Shown here piece after piece: positions 25,669-37,933 of a stretch of 64,000 bases of DNA. The stretch is taken from positions 716,143 to 780,142 of the forward strand of contig OZ316891.1 of NCBI GenBank assembly GCA_973895155.1, written 5' to 3'. The notes below the pieces were generated by a model. It was not told where the DNA came from, made no database searches, and worked only from the letters and a program-made list of their open reading frames with translations. Every line of letters starts with the position of its first letter. Position 1 is the first letter of the stretch. This DNA is from Marsupella aquatica (taxonomy: Eukaryota > Plantae > Marchantiophyta). A program made the position numbers and the translations under genes.

Positions 25669-26679
25669 TCACTTTGCGTCAGCTAGCTTCCACCTCAAGC
25701 TTCTGACGATCAGCATGGGGCCCTTTCCTTCCCTTTTCAATGCTTCCATTTCCTCGCAAAATTTGCACTCTTCATTTCGATTTCGCCCAGCACACTTCGG
25801 ACATAGTTGCCAGCCGCTTGGAGGGCCCCGCCAGCTACTCGACTTCACACTACCGATGCCATCGGCTCTCAAGACCTTTCCGTCCCCCATGGGGAACTTC
25901 CACATGATTGCATGACGCAGAATTTCGTCCAACTCTGTTTCTTTATAGTCACAAGTCTCGAACTCCATCTCCAACTCCTTCAAGCCCTTCAAGTGCCTGA
26001 AAGCGGAGCCCCAGCAATTCTGATCCCATATCACAATCTCACCTGCCTTCTCCGTCGCCCAATCCTGTTTCATCACGTTAACATCAGCTCCGGGCCTTTG
26101 AGGAGTTATTGCCAGAGGTGTATTGCTCTCGTTCCACCACCAATCCCCCCTGCGGAGCGTAATCTTCACCTTCTCAATGTCCCGCAAAACGTCCAATCTG
26201 CAAGTATGGGGGAAGTCGCCCTCCAGCCACCACTGCTGCGCGAAGAAATGAACCTCTTTCACGAGGGCCAGCTGCTCAGGTTGAAATCGACGGAAGTAGC
26301 GCAATGCATCGCTGTAACGTTGGCGCGGGGGGCCACGGCCGTGCCAGAAAGCGTGTGTCTTGTTGCGGGGAAGGAGGTGACGGGTCTCGAGGTAGGATCG
26401 TTTGCACATCAGGAGAAGATTGATGGAGACTTTCTTCTTGCCGAGAAAACCGGGACGAGTGTAGTCTGTGTTCGTCGGGTACAACTCCTTCGGGTCGACG
26501 TACTCGGCCATCGCATAGTCAAAGATAATGTTCCGGATGTCCGGTATAAGTTTGCCATCATAGAGTGGAGACTGCAGCTGCTGATCGAAGTCCTCCAGTT
26601 GCAAAGCTACAATAGGTCTCACCCGCTGGTGTAGTTCATTTTGATGACTCCTGAATCGGTTTCCTCTCGGCCGAGTCAT
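25669..26679 (-). CDS. Fungal-type uncharacterised protein with F-box-like N-terminus, copy A (336 aa, intronless)
   Basis: Intact ORF from ATG 26679, the start shared with the paralogues. QSPLYDGKLIPDIRNIIFDYAM, YTRPGF, LLLMCKRSYLE, QQWWLE, ITLRRGDWWWNE, WG..LKELEMEFET and WRGP recall a widespread family of fungal hypothetical proteins. Confidence 0.85.
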   Translation of the reverse strand: MTRPRGNRFRSHQNELHQRVRPIVALQLEDFDQQLQSPLYDGKLIPDIRNIIFDYAMAEYVDPKELYPTNTDYTRPGFLGKKKVSINLLLMCKRSYLETRHLLPRNKTHAFWHGRGPPRQRYSDALRYFRRFQPEQLALVKEVHFFAQQWWLEGDFPHTCRLDVLRDIEKVKITLRRGDWWWNESNTPLAITPQRPGADVNVMKQDWATEKAGEIVIWDQNCWGSAFRHLKGLKELEMEFETCDYKETELDEILRHAIMWKFPMGDGKVLRADGIGSVKSSSWRGPPSGWQLCPKCAGRNRNEECKFCEEMEALKREGKGPMLIVRSLRWKLADAK

Positions 26680-28359
26680 GGTTGCCTGCGCTTCAAAGGA
26701 CCATGTACGAAATGGCAGAAAAAACCACGACACCAGTACGTCGCGAGCCACAGTCAAGATGTAGACTTAAGGATTCAGCACGGCACCTACTTCACAATTG
26801 CAAGTTCATCACCAATTTCATGTCAGTAGAGTTCGGATGCCGATGCTTCGATTCTCCAGTTGTAGGTGACTAGTCACGGTGCTAATCGTGCTAACTCGTT
26901 ATTCTGCGTACGATTTCATCAACAACAAGATCCACTTCTCACTATCATTCATGGCCCCAGCATCCCAAATTGATACATATCACTGATAGCCGAACAAGAA
27001 GGATCCAGTGATGGCGGCCGGCAACGAAACGAAGACTCACTAGCTACTTCGCTTACGATTCCGGCTCCCTAAGCAAATACTCTATTCCACAAAAACTATC
27101 CCACGCAAACACAGATTGCAGCATCTCTCGTCATCGAACCATGAAATCCAAGCTAGACAGTGAGTCCAGAATCTACGTCGGGGAATGCATGTGGAAGCGG
27201 GTCCATCACCTCATCTGAACCACCAAAAGGCTTGAGTGTAGTGCTCTGGCTTCAGCAGTGCAGCCGGCCCTGCTTTTGGACGTACAATTGAAGAGTGACA
27301 CAGTCATCGATGAAATATATGGACACAATGAGAGAATATGATGCTGCGGGGCTACTTCGATATAAACAATCATATATATTGTACAAGCTAAGGCCTAATA
27401 AGGCCTACTGTAGACTGAACTTGGTTTCTTCATGGAAACGCCACCGACTAAAGAAACAGCCTCTGACACGCGCTTTTTACAAAGAGTGTGTTTCGTAGAA
27501 ATTGTTGTAGCTTGGGGAAGCATCCAAGATTGATCTGGACTAAGCCCATGACCAAGAATTTGCCTATGACCAAGAATTTGCCTATGACCAAGAATTTGCC
27601 TATGACCAAGTAGACCTACCTTGCAATGTGGACAAATAGACCCACTCCTTGACTTATTGGGCCTCTTGCCTCTTTGGTCTTCTTGGGGTCTTTTCCTCCC
27701 CCCTTTATTGAGTTCTTTTGCCTTTGGGTTCATTTCCCTTGTCCCCCCTTTATTGAGTTCTTTTGCCTTTGGGTTCATTTCCCCTGTTTGGGCGCTCTTG
27801 TCTTTTTGGCAGCGTGATATATATCTTGCACACTTCCCTATCTTACTACCCTCATAGTTTGGTACCCCCAAAAAAGGTTTTTATTTGGTGATTTCTTAAA
27901 GGTTTGAACTATTTATCAGTGGAGTTGGCTGTGTAGTTTAGATCTTGATGAAATTTACAGTTTTTGTAGTAGATTGCCCCCCTACGGTGAGCTAGTGACA
28001 TGACTTATCACACAAAAATTCTAGAAAATATAATATGACGTTTTGTATACACCATTGTAATCTATGTGAAATGAATACTACTTGTTACCTGAATACTTTA
28101 TGAGGGAGCTTGTGGTTGAATAAGCTTTTCTAAAAGAGTTTGGAGAAACTTAAACTGACATTGATTTCCTCAAACAATGATACTTTCACCTCATACATTG
28201 ACATTCTAACTTCTACTGATAGCCTTCATAACACATTGTTATGAAGTGCCTGTATATAACACATGACCTAACCTAATGAACCGCAATCACTCTAGTATAT
28301 TTGAAATAAGACAACCGGGATCTATATTTTACCACTCCGATGACAATCACTGGATGCGA

Positions 28360-29364
28360 TCACTTTGCGTCAGCTAGCTTCCACCTCAAGCTTCTGACGA
28401 TAAGCATGGGGCCCTTTCCTTCCCTTTTCAATGCATCCATTTCCTCGCAAAATTTGCACTCTTCATTTCGCCCACCACACTTCGGACATAGGTGCCAGCC
28501 CTTTGGAGGGCCCCGCCAGCTACTGGACTTCATACTACCGATACCATCGGCACTCAAGACCTTTCCGTCTCCCATGGGGAACTTCCACATAATTGCATGA
28601 CGGAGAATTGCGTCCAACTCTGTTTCTTTATAGTCATAAGTCTCGAACTCCATCTCCAACTCCTTCAAACCCTTCAAGTGCCTGAAAGCGGAGCCCCAAC
28701 AATTCTCATCCCATGTCACAATCTCACCTGCCTTCTCCGTCGCCCAATCCTGTTTCATCGAATTAACATCAGCTCCGGGCCTTTGCGGAGTTATTGCCAG
28801 AGGCGCATTTCTCTCGTTCCACCACCAATCCCCCTTGCGGAGCGTAATCTTCACCTTCTCAATGTTCCGCAAAACGTCCAATCTGCAAGTATGGGGGAAG
28901 TCGCCCTCCAGCCACGACTGCTGCGCGAAGAAATGAACCTCTTTCACGAGGGCCAGCTGCTCAGGTTGAAATTGACGGAAGTAGCGCACTGCATCGCCGT
29001 AACGTCCGCGCGGTGGGCCACTTCCGTGCCAGAAAGCGTGTGTCTTGTTGCGGGGAGGGAGGTGACGGGTCTCGAGGTAGGATCGCTTGCACATCAGGAG
29101 AAGATTGATGGAGACTTTCTTCTTGCCGAGAAAATCGGGACGAGTGTAGTCTGTGTTCGTCGGGTACAACTCCGTCGGGTCGACGTACTCGGCCATTGCA
29201 TAGTCAAAGATAATCTTCCGGATGTCCGGTGGAAGTTTGCCATCATAGAGTGGAGACTGCAGCTGCTGATCGAAGTCCTCCAGTTGCAAAGCTACAATCT
29301 GTCTCACCAGCTGGTGTAGTTCATTTGGATTACTCCTGAATCGGTTTCCTCTCGCCCGAGGCAT
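28360..29364 (-). CDS. Fungal-type uncharacterised protein with F-box-like N-terminus, copy B (334 aa, intronless)
   Basis: Intact ORF collinear with copies A and C; KLPPDIRKIIFDYA F-box-like motif. Confidence 0.87.
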   Translation of the reverse strand: MPRARGNRFRSNPNELHQLVRQIVALQLEDFDQQLQSPLYDGKLPPDIRKIIFDYAMAEYVDPTELYPTNTDYTRPDFLGKKKVSINLLLMCKRSYLETRHLPPRNKTHAFWHGSGPPRGRYGDAVRYFRQFQPEQLALVKEVHFFAQQSWLEGDFPHTCRLDVLRNIEKVKITLRKGDWWWNERNAPLAITPQRPGADVNSMKQDWATEKAGEIVTWDENCWGSAFRHLKGLKELEMEFETYDYKETELDAILRHAIMWKFPMGDGKVLSADGIGSMKSSSWRGPPKGWHLCPKCGGRNEECKFCEEMDALKREGKGPMLIVRSLRWKLADAK

Positions 29365-31268
29365 GATTGCCTGTTTCTCAAAGGACCAATGTACGAAATG
29401 GCAGAAGAAAACACGATACCAGTACGTAGCGCCTCAGTCAAGATGTAGACTTAAAGTTTAAGCACGGCACCTACTTCACAATTGCGATTTCATCACCAAT
29501 TTCATGTCAGTAGAGTTGGGATGCCGATGCCTCGATTCTCCAGTTGTAGGTGACTAGTCACGGTGCTAATCGTACTGACTCGTTATTCTGCGTACGATTT
29601 CAATAACCACAAGAGGCCTAATCCATTTCTCACTATCAGTCATGGCCCCAGCATCCAAAATTGATACATGTCACTGATACGCAAAGAAACGAAGACTTAT
29701 ATTACTAGCTACTTTGGTTACGATTCCGGCTCCCTTAGCAAATCCTCTATCCCACAAAAGCTATCCCACGCATACAGAAATTGCAGCATCTCTCGTCATC
29801 GAACCATGAATATTGAAATCCAAGCTAGACAGTGAGTCCTAAATCTACGTCGGGGAATGCAGCATGTGGAAGCGGGTCCATCACCTCATCTGAACCACCA
29901 AAAAGCTTGAATGTAGTGGTCTCTCTCCAGCAGTGCGGCCGGCCCTGCTATTGGGCGTACAATTGAACAGTGACACAGTCTTCGATGAAATATATGGACA
30001 CAACGAGAGAATATGATGCTGCGTGCTACTTCGATATAAACAATTATATATGTGGTACAAGCTAAGGCCTAATAAGGCGTACTGTAGATTGAACTTGGTT
30101 TCTTCATGGAAACGCCACCGACTAAAGAAACAGCCTCTGTCTAGCGCTTTTACCAAAGAGTATGTTTCGTTGACATTGATGTACTATAGCTTGGGGAAGC
30201 ATCCAAGAATCCAAGATTGATCGGGACAGCCCCTATTACCAAGAATTTGCCTAGGGGTACAGTAGACCTTGCAATGTGGACATTCAATAGACCCACCCTC
30301 CTGCTCACTTCCCCATCATACTACCCTCGTAGTTTCGTACCCAAACAAAGAGGTTTTTATTTGGTGATTTCTTAAAGTTTGAACTATTTATGAATGGAGT
30401 GGATTGTGTAAATAATGTAGATCTTGATGAGATTTACAGTTTTAGCAGTAGACTGCCCCCTAACACACAAACTTCTAGAAAATATGATATCTTGTTTTGT
30501 ACACACCAGTGTACTCTATGTGAAATGAGTACTACTGGTTACCCTGAGTACTTTATGAGGGAACTTGTGGTTTAATAAGCTTTCTGAAAAAGTTTGGAGA
30601 AACTTAAACTGACATTGATTTCCTCAAACAATGACTTTCACTTTCACCTCATACATTGACATTCTAACTTCTACTGATAGCCTTCATAACACGTTGTTAT
30701 GAAATGCATGTTACAACACATAGCTCTATGATTCTGCCAAATTAGATATAGTTTACCACAAATACAAAGGAAATCTCAAAAGAGGTTTATGTTAATAGAC
30801 TAGCTAAACTAAGTGTGTGGAGTATGTCCAGGGATGTCTTGTATTATTCTTGACTAGTGTATCCCTAATACTCTTTTAGAGATTACTTTTGCCTCAAGTA
30901 AGGAAGCCAAAAGTTTACATGGACTAAGGCCTTCAGAACATATGGAGCCATATACAGTCAGTGGACAGACGCATCCATCCAAGACCATGTGAATTCATTT
31001 ATAAGGTTTTATGGGATGACATGTCTTAATTAGAGTAACTGCTAGCTGAACATAACTCATCAACCTAATGGGTAGTAGACTGGTCAGGACTGGCCAGCAC
31101 AAATAAAAGTCTGTATATTTTGAAGTTCCACTACTTGACCAAACTTCACTCCGTCAACATATATAAATTCCCCACAATGACTGCATTTGGCTGGCAACCA
31201 ATTTATTTGTTAATTAATAAGAAATTATGATATCCAAAACTTCCCTCTTTTTCCATTGCAGTCAATCT

Positions 31269-31561
31269 TGTTGGGGATAATCCTTATCCCGAGACACCAT
31301 GCACATGTGAACACCATACAAAGTAATGGACATAACGAGTACGTGGTTCACCTCACGTCTGAGGCTACGTCCACGGGAAAGCAAGAGACCTTTACTTCTC
31401 TTTTGCTCCACTCCAACAATGAGCTGAAGATCTACCAGGGACTGGCCCTAGCCCTGGCTTTATACACAACAACACTACCGTTAACCTTAGCTAAGTCCTA
31501 ACCTGAGTTAGCCTAACTATGGTTAGCTTAAGAGTTACAAGACTAAGAGCAATACCTAACA
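31269..31561 (-). repeat. 3' LTR of the copia element
   Basis: 293 bp, TGTTGGGGAT..ATACCTAACA, adjacent to the PPT. Confidence 0.95.
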
Positions 31562-32895
31562 AACTCCCCCTTGACTCTTGTCTTGGGGACTGGACTAAAT
31601 GCAACCATATGGAATCCTCAACGGGAAGTTCTAGACAATCACCTAAACAGGTCTCCCCCTAAAAATCACAAGGGTTAACTAAGGGTTAACTAGAACTAAG
31701 CCGTAGCCAAACTGGAATGAGTAATCTATATACAAATAGTTTCAACATTGCTAAATAACTCTACTTGCACTACAACTGCAAAACCTGCAAAGTAGCACGG
31801 TGTCTTGAGAAACTCTCCAAAGGAATCACTTTGGTAAAGGCACCAGCGGGATTGAGTTTTTCATCAATCTTGACTAGCTTAAAAGTTTTATCAGACACTG
31901 CTTGCCTGATAAAATGGTACATGATATCAATGTGCTTCACCCTACTATCCATCACCTGGTTAGCAGCCAAGTGAAGAACATTCTGACTATCACAGTTTAG
32001 AGACATTTTGCCATGCTCTAAACCCATCTCCGTGATCAACTTGTCCAACCAAATTGCTTCCTTTGTTGCTTCTGTTGTTGCAACATACTCTGCTTCTGTA
32101 GTAGACTGAGATATACACTTCTACAAGGTAGATTTCCAACTGATACATCCTCCTCCAAGAGTAAATACAAATCCAGTTGTTGATCTCCTTGTGTCTAGAC
32201 AGCCTCCGTAGTCAGAATCTACATAGCCAACTAACGTTCTATCTGAACTGGCATCAAATAATAATCCATAGTCCTATGTTCCCTTTAGATACTTGAGAAT
32301 CCATTTCACAGCTTCCCAATGTACCTTCCCTAGATTTGACATGAATCTGCTAACCTTGTCTATCGCTAGGGCCAAGTCAGGCCTAGTACAAGTCATCAAA
32401 TACATCAGACTGCCTATTGCCTTCTCATAAGGAATCTTAGCCATCAGACTGTCTACTGCCTTCTCATAAGGAATCTTAGCCATCAGACCTTTCTCCATAG
32501 CATTCGTAGGAGAGAAAGCTGATGATAACTTGAAATGTGAAGCTAAAGGAATACTCATTGGCTTACAGTTTTCCATGTTGAATCGTGCAAGTACCTTCCT
32601 CGCATACTTGCCTTGACTCAAACACAATTGTCCAGAATCAGAGTTCCTAAAAATCTCCATACCTAAGATCCTCTTGGCCTTACCAAGATCCTTCATCCTG
32701 AATCCAGAACTCAATTTTGCCTTGAGACTGTCTACCTCAGATTGATCTTTAGTCACAATCAGCATGTCATCCACATAGATAACCATAATGATGAAACCAA
32801 ACATATCATTCTTGACTGATTTCGTATACACACAAGGATCATATACCATCCTTGTAAAACCTTGAGCAAACATGAAATCATCAAACCGCTTGTTC

Positions 32896-33201
32896 CTCGG
32901 GGGCCTCAATCCAAGGGGTGTCCCATATCACGCTCGAAGTTTTGGGGGAATAAACACCCTAAAAGTTAAATCAATAAAGCTTTTTTAGGAATTTTTTAAC
33001 CCCTAACTTAATGGAATATTCCAAGAATATTCCCCTATTTGATTTTAAAAAACCCTATGATTCTTATCATTCTCAAAATTGGATTAAAATAACCCTAATG
33101 TTCTTCAACAAAAATTTAAAAGTATTTCACTAAACCCAATAAAAAAACCCTATACTTATTCGCGCGTGATGGGTTGGAAGAAAAGAAGTGAGGACCCCGG
33201 G
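32896..33201. mobile_element. 306-bp MITE nested in the copia RT; 13-bp imperfect TIRs and 8-bp TSD (hAT-like TSD length)
   Basis: Splits the RT motif QWNK|RFDDF; TSD GCTTGTTC at 32888-32895 and 33202-33209; termini CTCGGGGGCCTCA / TGAGGACCCCGGG. Confidence 0.88.
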
Positions 33202-36200
33202 GCTTGTTCCACTGTCTGGGAGATTGTTTCAATCCATACAAGGACTTGAGCAATCTGCAAACTAAGTTCTCTTGGCTCTTCTTCATAAAGCCTACTGGTT
33301 GTCTCATAAAGATCATCTCTTCCAAGTTGCCATAAAGAAAAGCAGTAACAACATTCATCTGATCCATCACCAAACCATAAAACACAACAAATTGACACAA
33401 GATCCGAATTGTGGAATACTTAGTCACCGGTGAAAAGACCTCATTGTAATCCACTCCTTTCTCCTGAGTGAATCCCTTGGCAACAAGCCTTGCCTTGTAG
33501 ATCTTGTCTTCACCCTCTGAAGGACTGTCTTTCAACTTGTAAATCCACTTGCTGTCCACCACTTGCTGACCTCTAGGAAGCTCCACCAGCTCCCATATCT
33601 TGTTGTCACTTAAAGATTGCAACTCCCTCTACATTGCTGCATAATTCCACTCATGCTTATGCTCTGAAGCACAAGCCTCATTGTACAAAGAAGGCTCTCC
33701 TTCTTCCAAGATCAAAGCCATATCATCATCATCAGGTGCAATGTCAATATCATCTAGCTTAGATAAGTTTGCCCATTGACCATACCTGGTAGGAGCTCTA
33801 ATAGAACGACTGTAAGTTCTTCTAGGAGATGACTCAGACTGATCTGCTGCTGTTGCTGCTGGTTGAATGTAAGGTACCCCAACAACAATCTGCTCCTCTA
33901 GCTTGTTCCATCACAGAAACCGGATCCAAGCCCATAACTTCTCCATCTCTCCTGTCATGAACAACATCATGACTAATCTCCCCCTCAACCCGGTCCGAGA
34001 TGGGAGATTTCCCCTTGTCAGTATGGGAGTCCTGAGAACTCTCCCCCTCCTTTAATGATCTGGACTCATTAAAGGTCAAATCTCTACTGACAATTAGCTT
34101 ATAGATTACTGGATCCCATAACCTCCCGCATAACCTATAACCCTTCACACCTTTCTGATAGCCAAGGAAAATGCACTTCTTCGACTTGGACTCTAGCTTG
34201 GATCGAAGCTGGGAAGGTGTAAGTACATAAACATCACATCCAAAATTCCTCAGATGTGAGTAATCTGTTGGACGCCCGTACCTCATTTCAAATGGCGTCT
34301 TGAATCCAATAGAACTGGATGGAGAAAAAATTACCAATAAGTTGCAGTGTTGATAGCTTCAGCCCAAAACTCATGTGGTAAGCATGATTGACTCAACATA
34401 TTTCTCGAGCGGTCGAATAGTGTTTGGTTGAGTCTCTCAAAAACACCATTCTGCTGAGGAGTATAACTTGTTGTGAGATGGTGGGTAATCCCCTACTTCT
34501 TACAATACGTTCTAAATTCCCCGAAAGTGTATTCGCCGCTATTATCCGATCGAAGATATCTCACCTTATTACCAGTCTAATTCTCAACTTGGGCTTTTCA
34601 CTCCTTAAAAGTGACAAAAATATCAGACTTACTGTGTAGAAAGTATATCCACACATACCTTGAGTAATCGTCTATGAACGTGACATAGTATAACCGTCCA
34701 GAATGTGAGGGAGTAGGGGCTGGATCCCACACATCACTATGTACATACTCAAGTACCTCCTTGCTGGTGTGAGTTCCAACTCCGAAGGGTTTCCTGTGCT
34801 GCTTCCCAAGCACACAATGCTCACAGAATTCCAACTTACAAGATAGCAAATTAGAAAATAATATTTTTCTGAAGAATAGCCAAACCTTTTTCACTCATGT
34901 GGCCCAAACGGAAGTGCCACAGCCGGGCCGTCTCCTCATGAGATAAGGTTACATTGGCTTCATCATAGACTACACTGCCCTCTAAAACGTATAGATTGTT
35001 ATGTCTCTTTCCATTCAATACAACTTTAGTACCAATTGAAACCCGAAGGACACCATTAGTAGAACTCCACTGATGGCCATTTGCTTCTAAAACTCCAAGT
35101 GAAATGAGATTTTTCATCATGCTGGAAATATGCATGACATTCCTCAACGTTCTCACAGCACCATCAAACATCTAAAATCTAACAGATCCAAGTCCAACTA
35201 CTTGACATGGGATTCCATTTCCCATCAACATTGACCCGTTGGAAACCGTGTAAGAGCTGAAAAAATCTCTCCTAGAGCAAATGTGAAAAGTACATGCACT
35301 ATCTAGAATCCAGTCATCACTACCTGGATTTGACACTACGTTGAGAGCATAACCTTGGCATCACAATATGTCATCGTCATCGAGTGAATCTATCTCATGC
35401 GAACTCGATGCCGCGTTTGCTGGTGGAGTAGGGTCCTTTACTCGACAATCCCTTTTCATGTGGCCAGACTTGCCACATCTCCAACATGCAAGAGGCTTTC
35501 TCTCTGGATTTAGATCTTCCCCGTGATGTAGATCTAAACATGTTCTGCCCATTTGTGCACTACGTTGCTCTTCCCCAATTCACGTTCAGCGTAGTGCCGG
35601 AAGAAGATGCTGTTTGTGCTTGACCCAGCTTCTTCTGAGCATCATCAGACAGTAATGAGCTCACCACCTCCGGGACCACCTCATTATACGAAATGGACTT
35701 AAGATCTCTATACAAGAGTACCTATTTCAGCCCTGATAAGACGATGGTAAGGAGCTTAGCAGAAGCAAGGCCTTATCCTCATCTTCAACCCCCTTTCCCA
35801 GGTTTAACAGATCCATTGCTAGACTGTCAAATTCATCCAGGTGATCCTGTAGCTTGCTCCCTTCCTTGAGCCTAAGGCTCATCAAGAGAGACTTCTTGTA
35901 TAGTTGGTCTGATGCATCTTTCCGGTAGTATTTCTCTCTTAGAGCCTTGAACAATGATGCGCAATTTGCATAATCATCTAGCTTCTTGATGATGTGCGGC
36001 TTCAGATAAAGCATCACTGCATTGACAGCAATCACCTGCTCTTGTCTCCACTGCTTCTCTGAGATCTCCTCCTCTCCATCATATTGCTCTCGCGAAGAGA
36101 GCAGATGATCTAAGTCCATTGCACAAAGAACACCCTTCACTTGCTTTTCCCATAGCAAGTAATCAGTACGACCATCGTACTTCTCCACCTCAAACTTCAC

Positions 36201-37637
36201 TCCTCCAAATCTTGTCATCTCTCTCTTCTTCCCAACTACCGACAGCTCTGGTAGTAGAACAGCTTCCTCCATTGCAGGCCGCACCGGTAATCATACCGGT
36301 GATACTTGTTCCTCAAATGGTACCAACTCCTCCTCAGACTCTCTGTCTGACCATCGTGAACCTGAAGCTCCACCGACGTTGATTCTTTCAGTATCCTCCG
36401 AGTCACTCATATGAGAAAATCACAAAAAAAATAAATCTTTTTAAACTTCTCATAAAACTCAGAACTCAACACCGCCACGGAGCCCACGAAGCTAGGAGTC
36501 CAACACTGAAAACCAAAAATCAAAACCAAAATCCGTTGAGAGGCCACAGGCCATGGGTTGTGGGTGTCTACCCACGCAAACCAAATTATGTGAGGCCATA
36601 GGCCGTGGGTTATGGGTGCAAGCCAAGCTTCCAAGATGATCCCGCACGGACCATGGGTCGTAGGCTATCCGCCCCCAAAGTCAATAATAATCAAGACCCC
36701 TCACAGACCGTAGGTCGTGGATACATGCCTACCCAGGCATACCCACATCACTCACGAACCGTGGGTTGGGGGATATCTTCCCACTCAAATCAAAACCTCA
36801 CGGACCGTGGGTCGTGAGCTCAATACTCACTCAAGCCAAGACCTCACCACCTGTGGGTCGTGTGCTCACTACTGGGCTCACTACTCACTCAAGCCAAGAC
36901 CTCACCACCTGTGGGTCGTGAGCTCACTACTCACTCAAGCCAAACGCTAAATACGGCGGAAATTACGGACAAAGTAATATTTCTTAATTCATCATTTTCT
37001 CTGTGCCCTAAGTCACAACTGCACCTCACCTTTTTGCAGTGCCAAATCGTCGTTTCCAAGGAGAAAAGTGAACGTCGCCGATTGGAAATGTTGTCGAATT
37101 GCACCGGTATGGTCTGCAGCTCCAACAGAGTAAGAACTTCCATCGCGTCGCCTTCACTCCGCATCAAGTGCCAATCCCGGACTCAAAACAACCGCCTTGC
37201 CGCGATCTCTCCGTTGAACGTCACAACAAGTAACCTGGTTCAGGGAAAAACAAGCACCATAGCTTGTCAAAAAACCAAAACTCAACTTCTACTTGTTATG
37301 TCGCACTTGCATCGCAAGCGCGAGCAAACCAGGTGCCGAAAGGACGAGCTTGCTTCAACCTACAACTTGAGCTATAACATGTGATGCCTTCCACACCGTA
37401 CAGCTCACACAGTTGCACACGAAACTTTACAAACAAACGTTTTCTGCGATTACTCCTCACTCAAAAATCCGATCGATGATTTCTAACAGCCGTTAGAAAG
37501 CCCTCTCAACGATCTATCCGATGAGCCCACCACCATCAAGTTTCATGCGACAAAACTCCCGGGATCTTAAAACCGTCAACCACACAAGAAATTCTTGTCA
37601 CCACAGTGTCACCTCCCAGGCATGTTCTAATACCACT

Positions 37638-37933
37638 TGTTGGGGATAATCCATAATATCCCGAGACACCATGCACATGTGAACACCATACAAAGTAGTC
37701 GACACAAAGAGTACGTGGTTCACCTCACATCTGAGGCTACGTCCATGGGAAACCAAGAGACCTTTACTTCTCTTTTGCTCCACTCCAACAATGAGCTGAA
37801 GATCCACCAGGGACTGGCCCTAGTCCTGGCTTTATACACAATAGCACTACAGCTAACCTTAGCTAAGTCCTAACCTGAGTTAGCCTAACTATGGTTAGCT
37901 TAAGAGTCACAAGACTAAGAGCAATACCTAACA
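37638..37933 (-). repeat. 5' LTR of the copia element
   Basis: 296 bp; about 14 substitutions plus one small indel relative to the other LTR (hand count); adjacent to the PBS. Confidence 0.95.

Larger units (their letters stand above)
31269..37933 (-). mobile_element. Full-length but inactivated Ty1/copia LTR retrotransposon
   Basis: LTRs TG..CA at 31269-31561 and 37638-37933; TSD AATCT (31264-31268, 37934-37938); degenerate tRNA-Met-type PBS TGGTATTAGAAC; PPT AAGGGGGAG. Domain order gag (KFEVEKYDG, CWRCGKSGHMKRDC), protease (WILDS), integrase (LWHFRLGHMS, VHSDVW, FIDDYSR), RT (YKARLVAKGFTQ, SLYGLKQSPRQW, IYVDDML), RNase H (KHIDI), broken by stops and frameshifts. Confidence 0.97.

Noticed and set aside
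26680-26757. 26-aa N-terminal extension of copy A in the ORF track
   Set aside because: Starts at a non-ATG codon and is not open in copies B and C; ATG 26679 is the shared start.
28707-29003. Diversity-generating-retroelement-type mutagenesis as the cause of the variable core
   Set aside because: Changes are not adenine-specific, there is no template repeat, and the nearby RTs are ordinary copia and CRE types.
25807-29319. 275-aa plus-strand ORFs antisense to copies A and B
   Set aside because: Shadow frames of the real minus-strand genes; broken by a stop in copy C; no recognisable motifs.
32404-32488. Duplicated MAKIPYEKA motif in copia RT
   Set aside because: A 39-bp in-frame tandem duplication in an already dead element; no functional implication.
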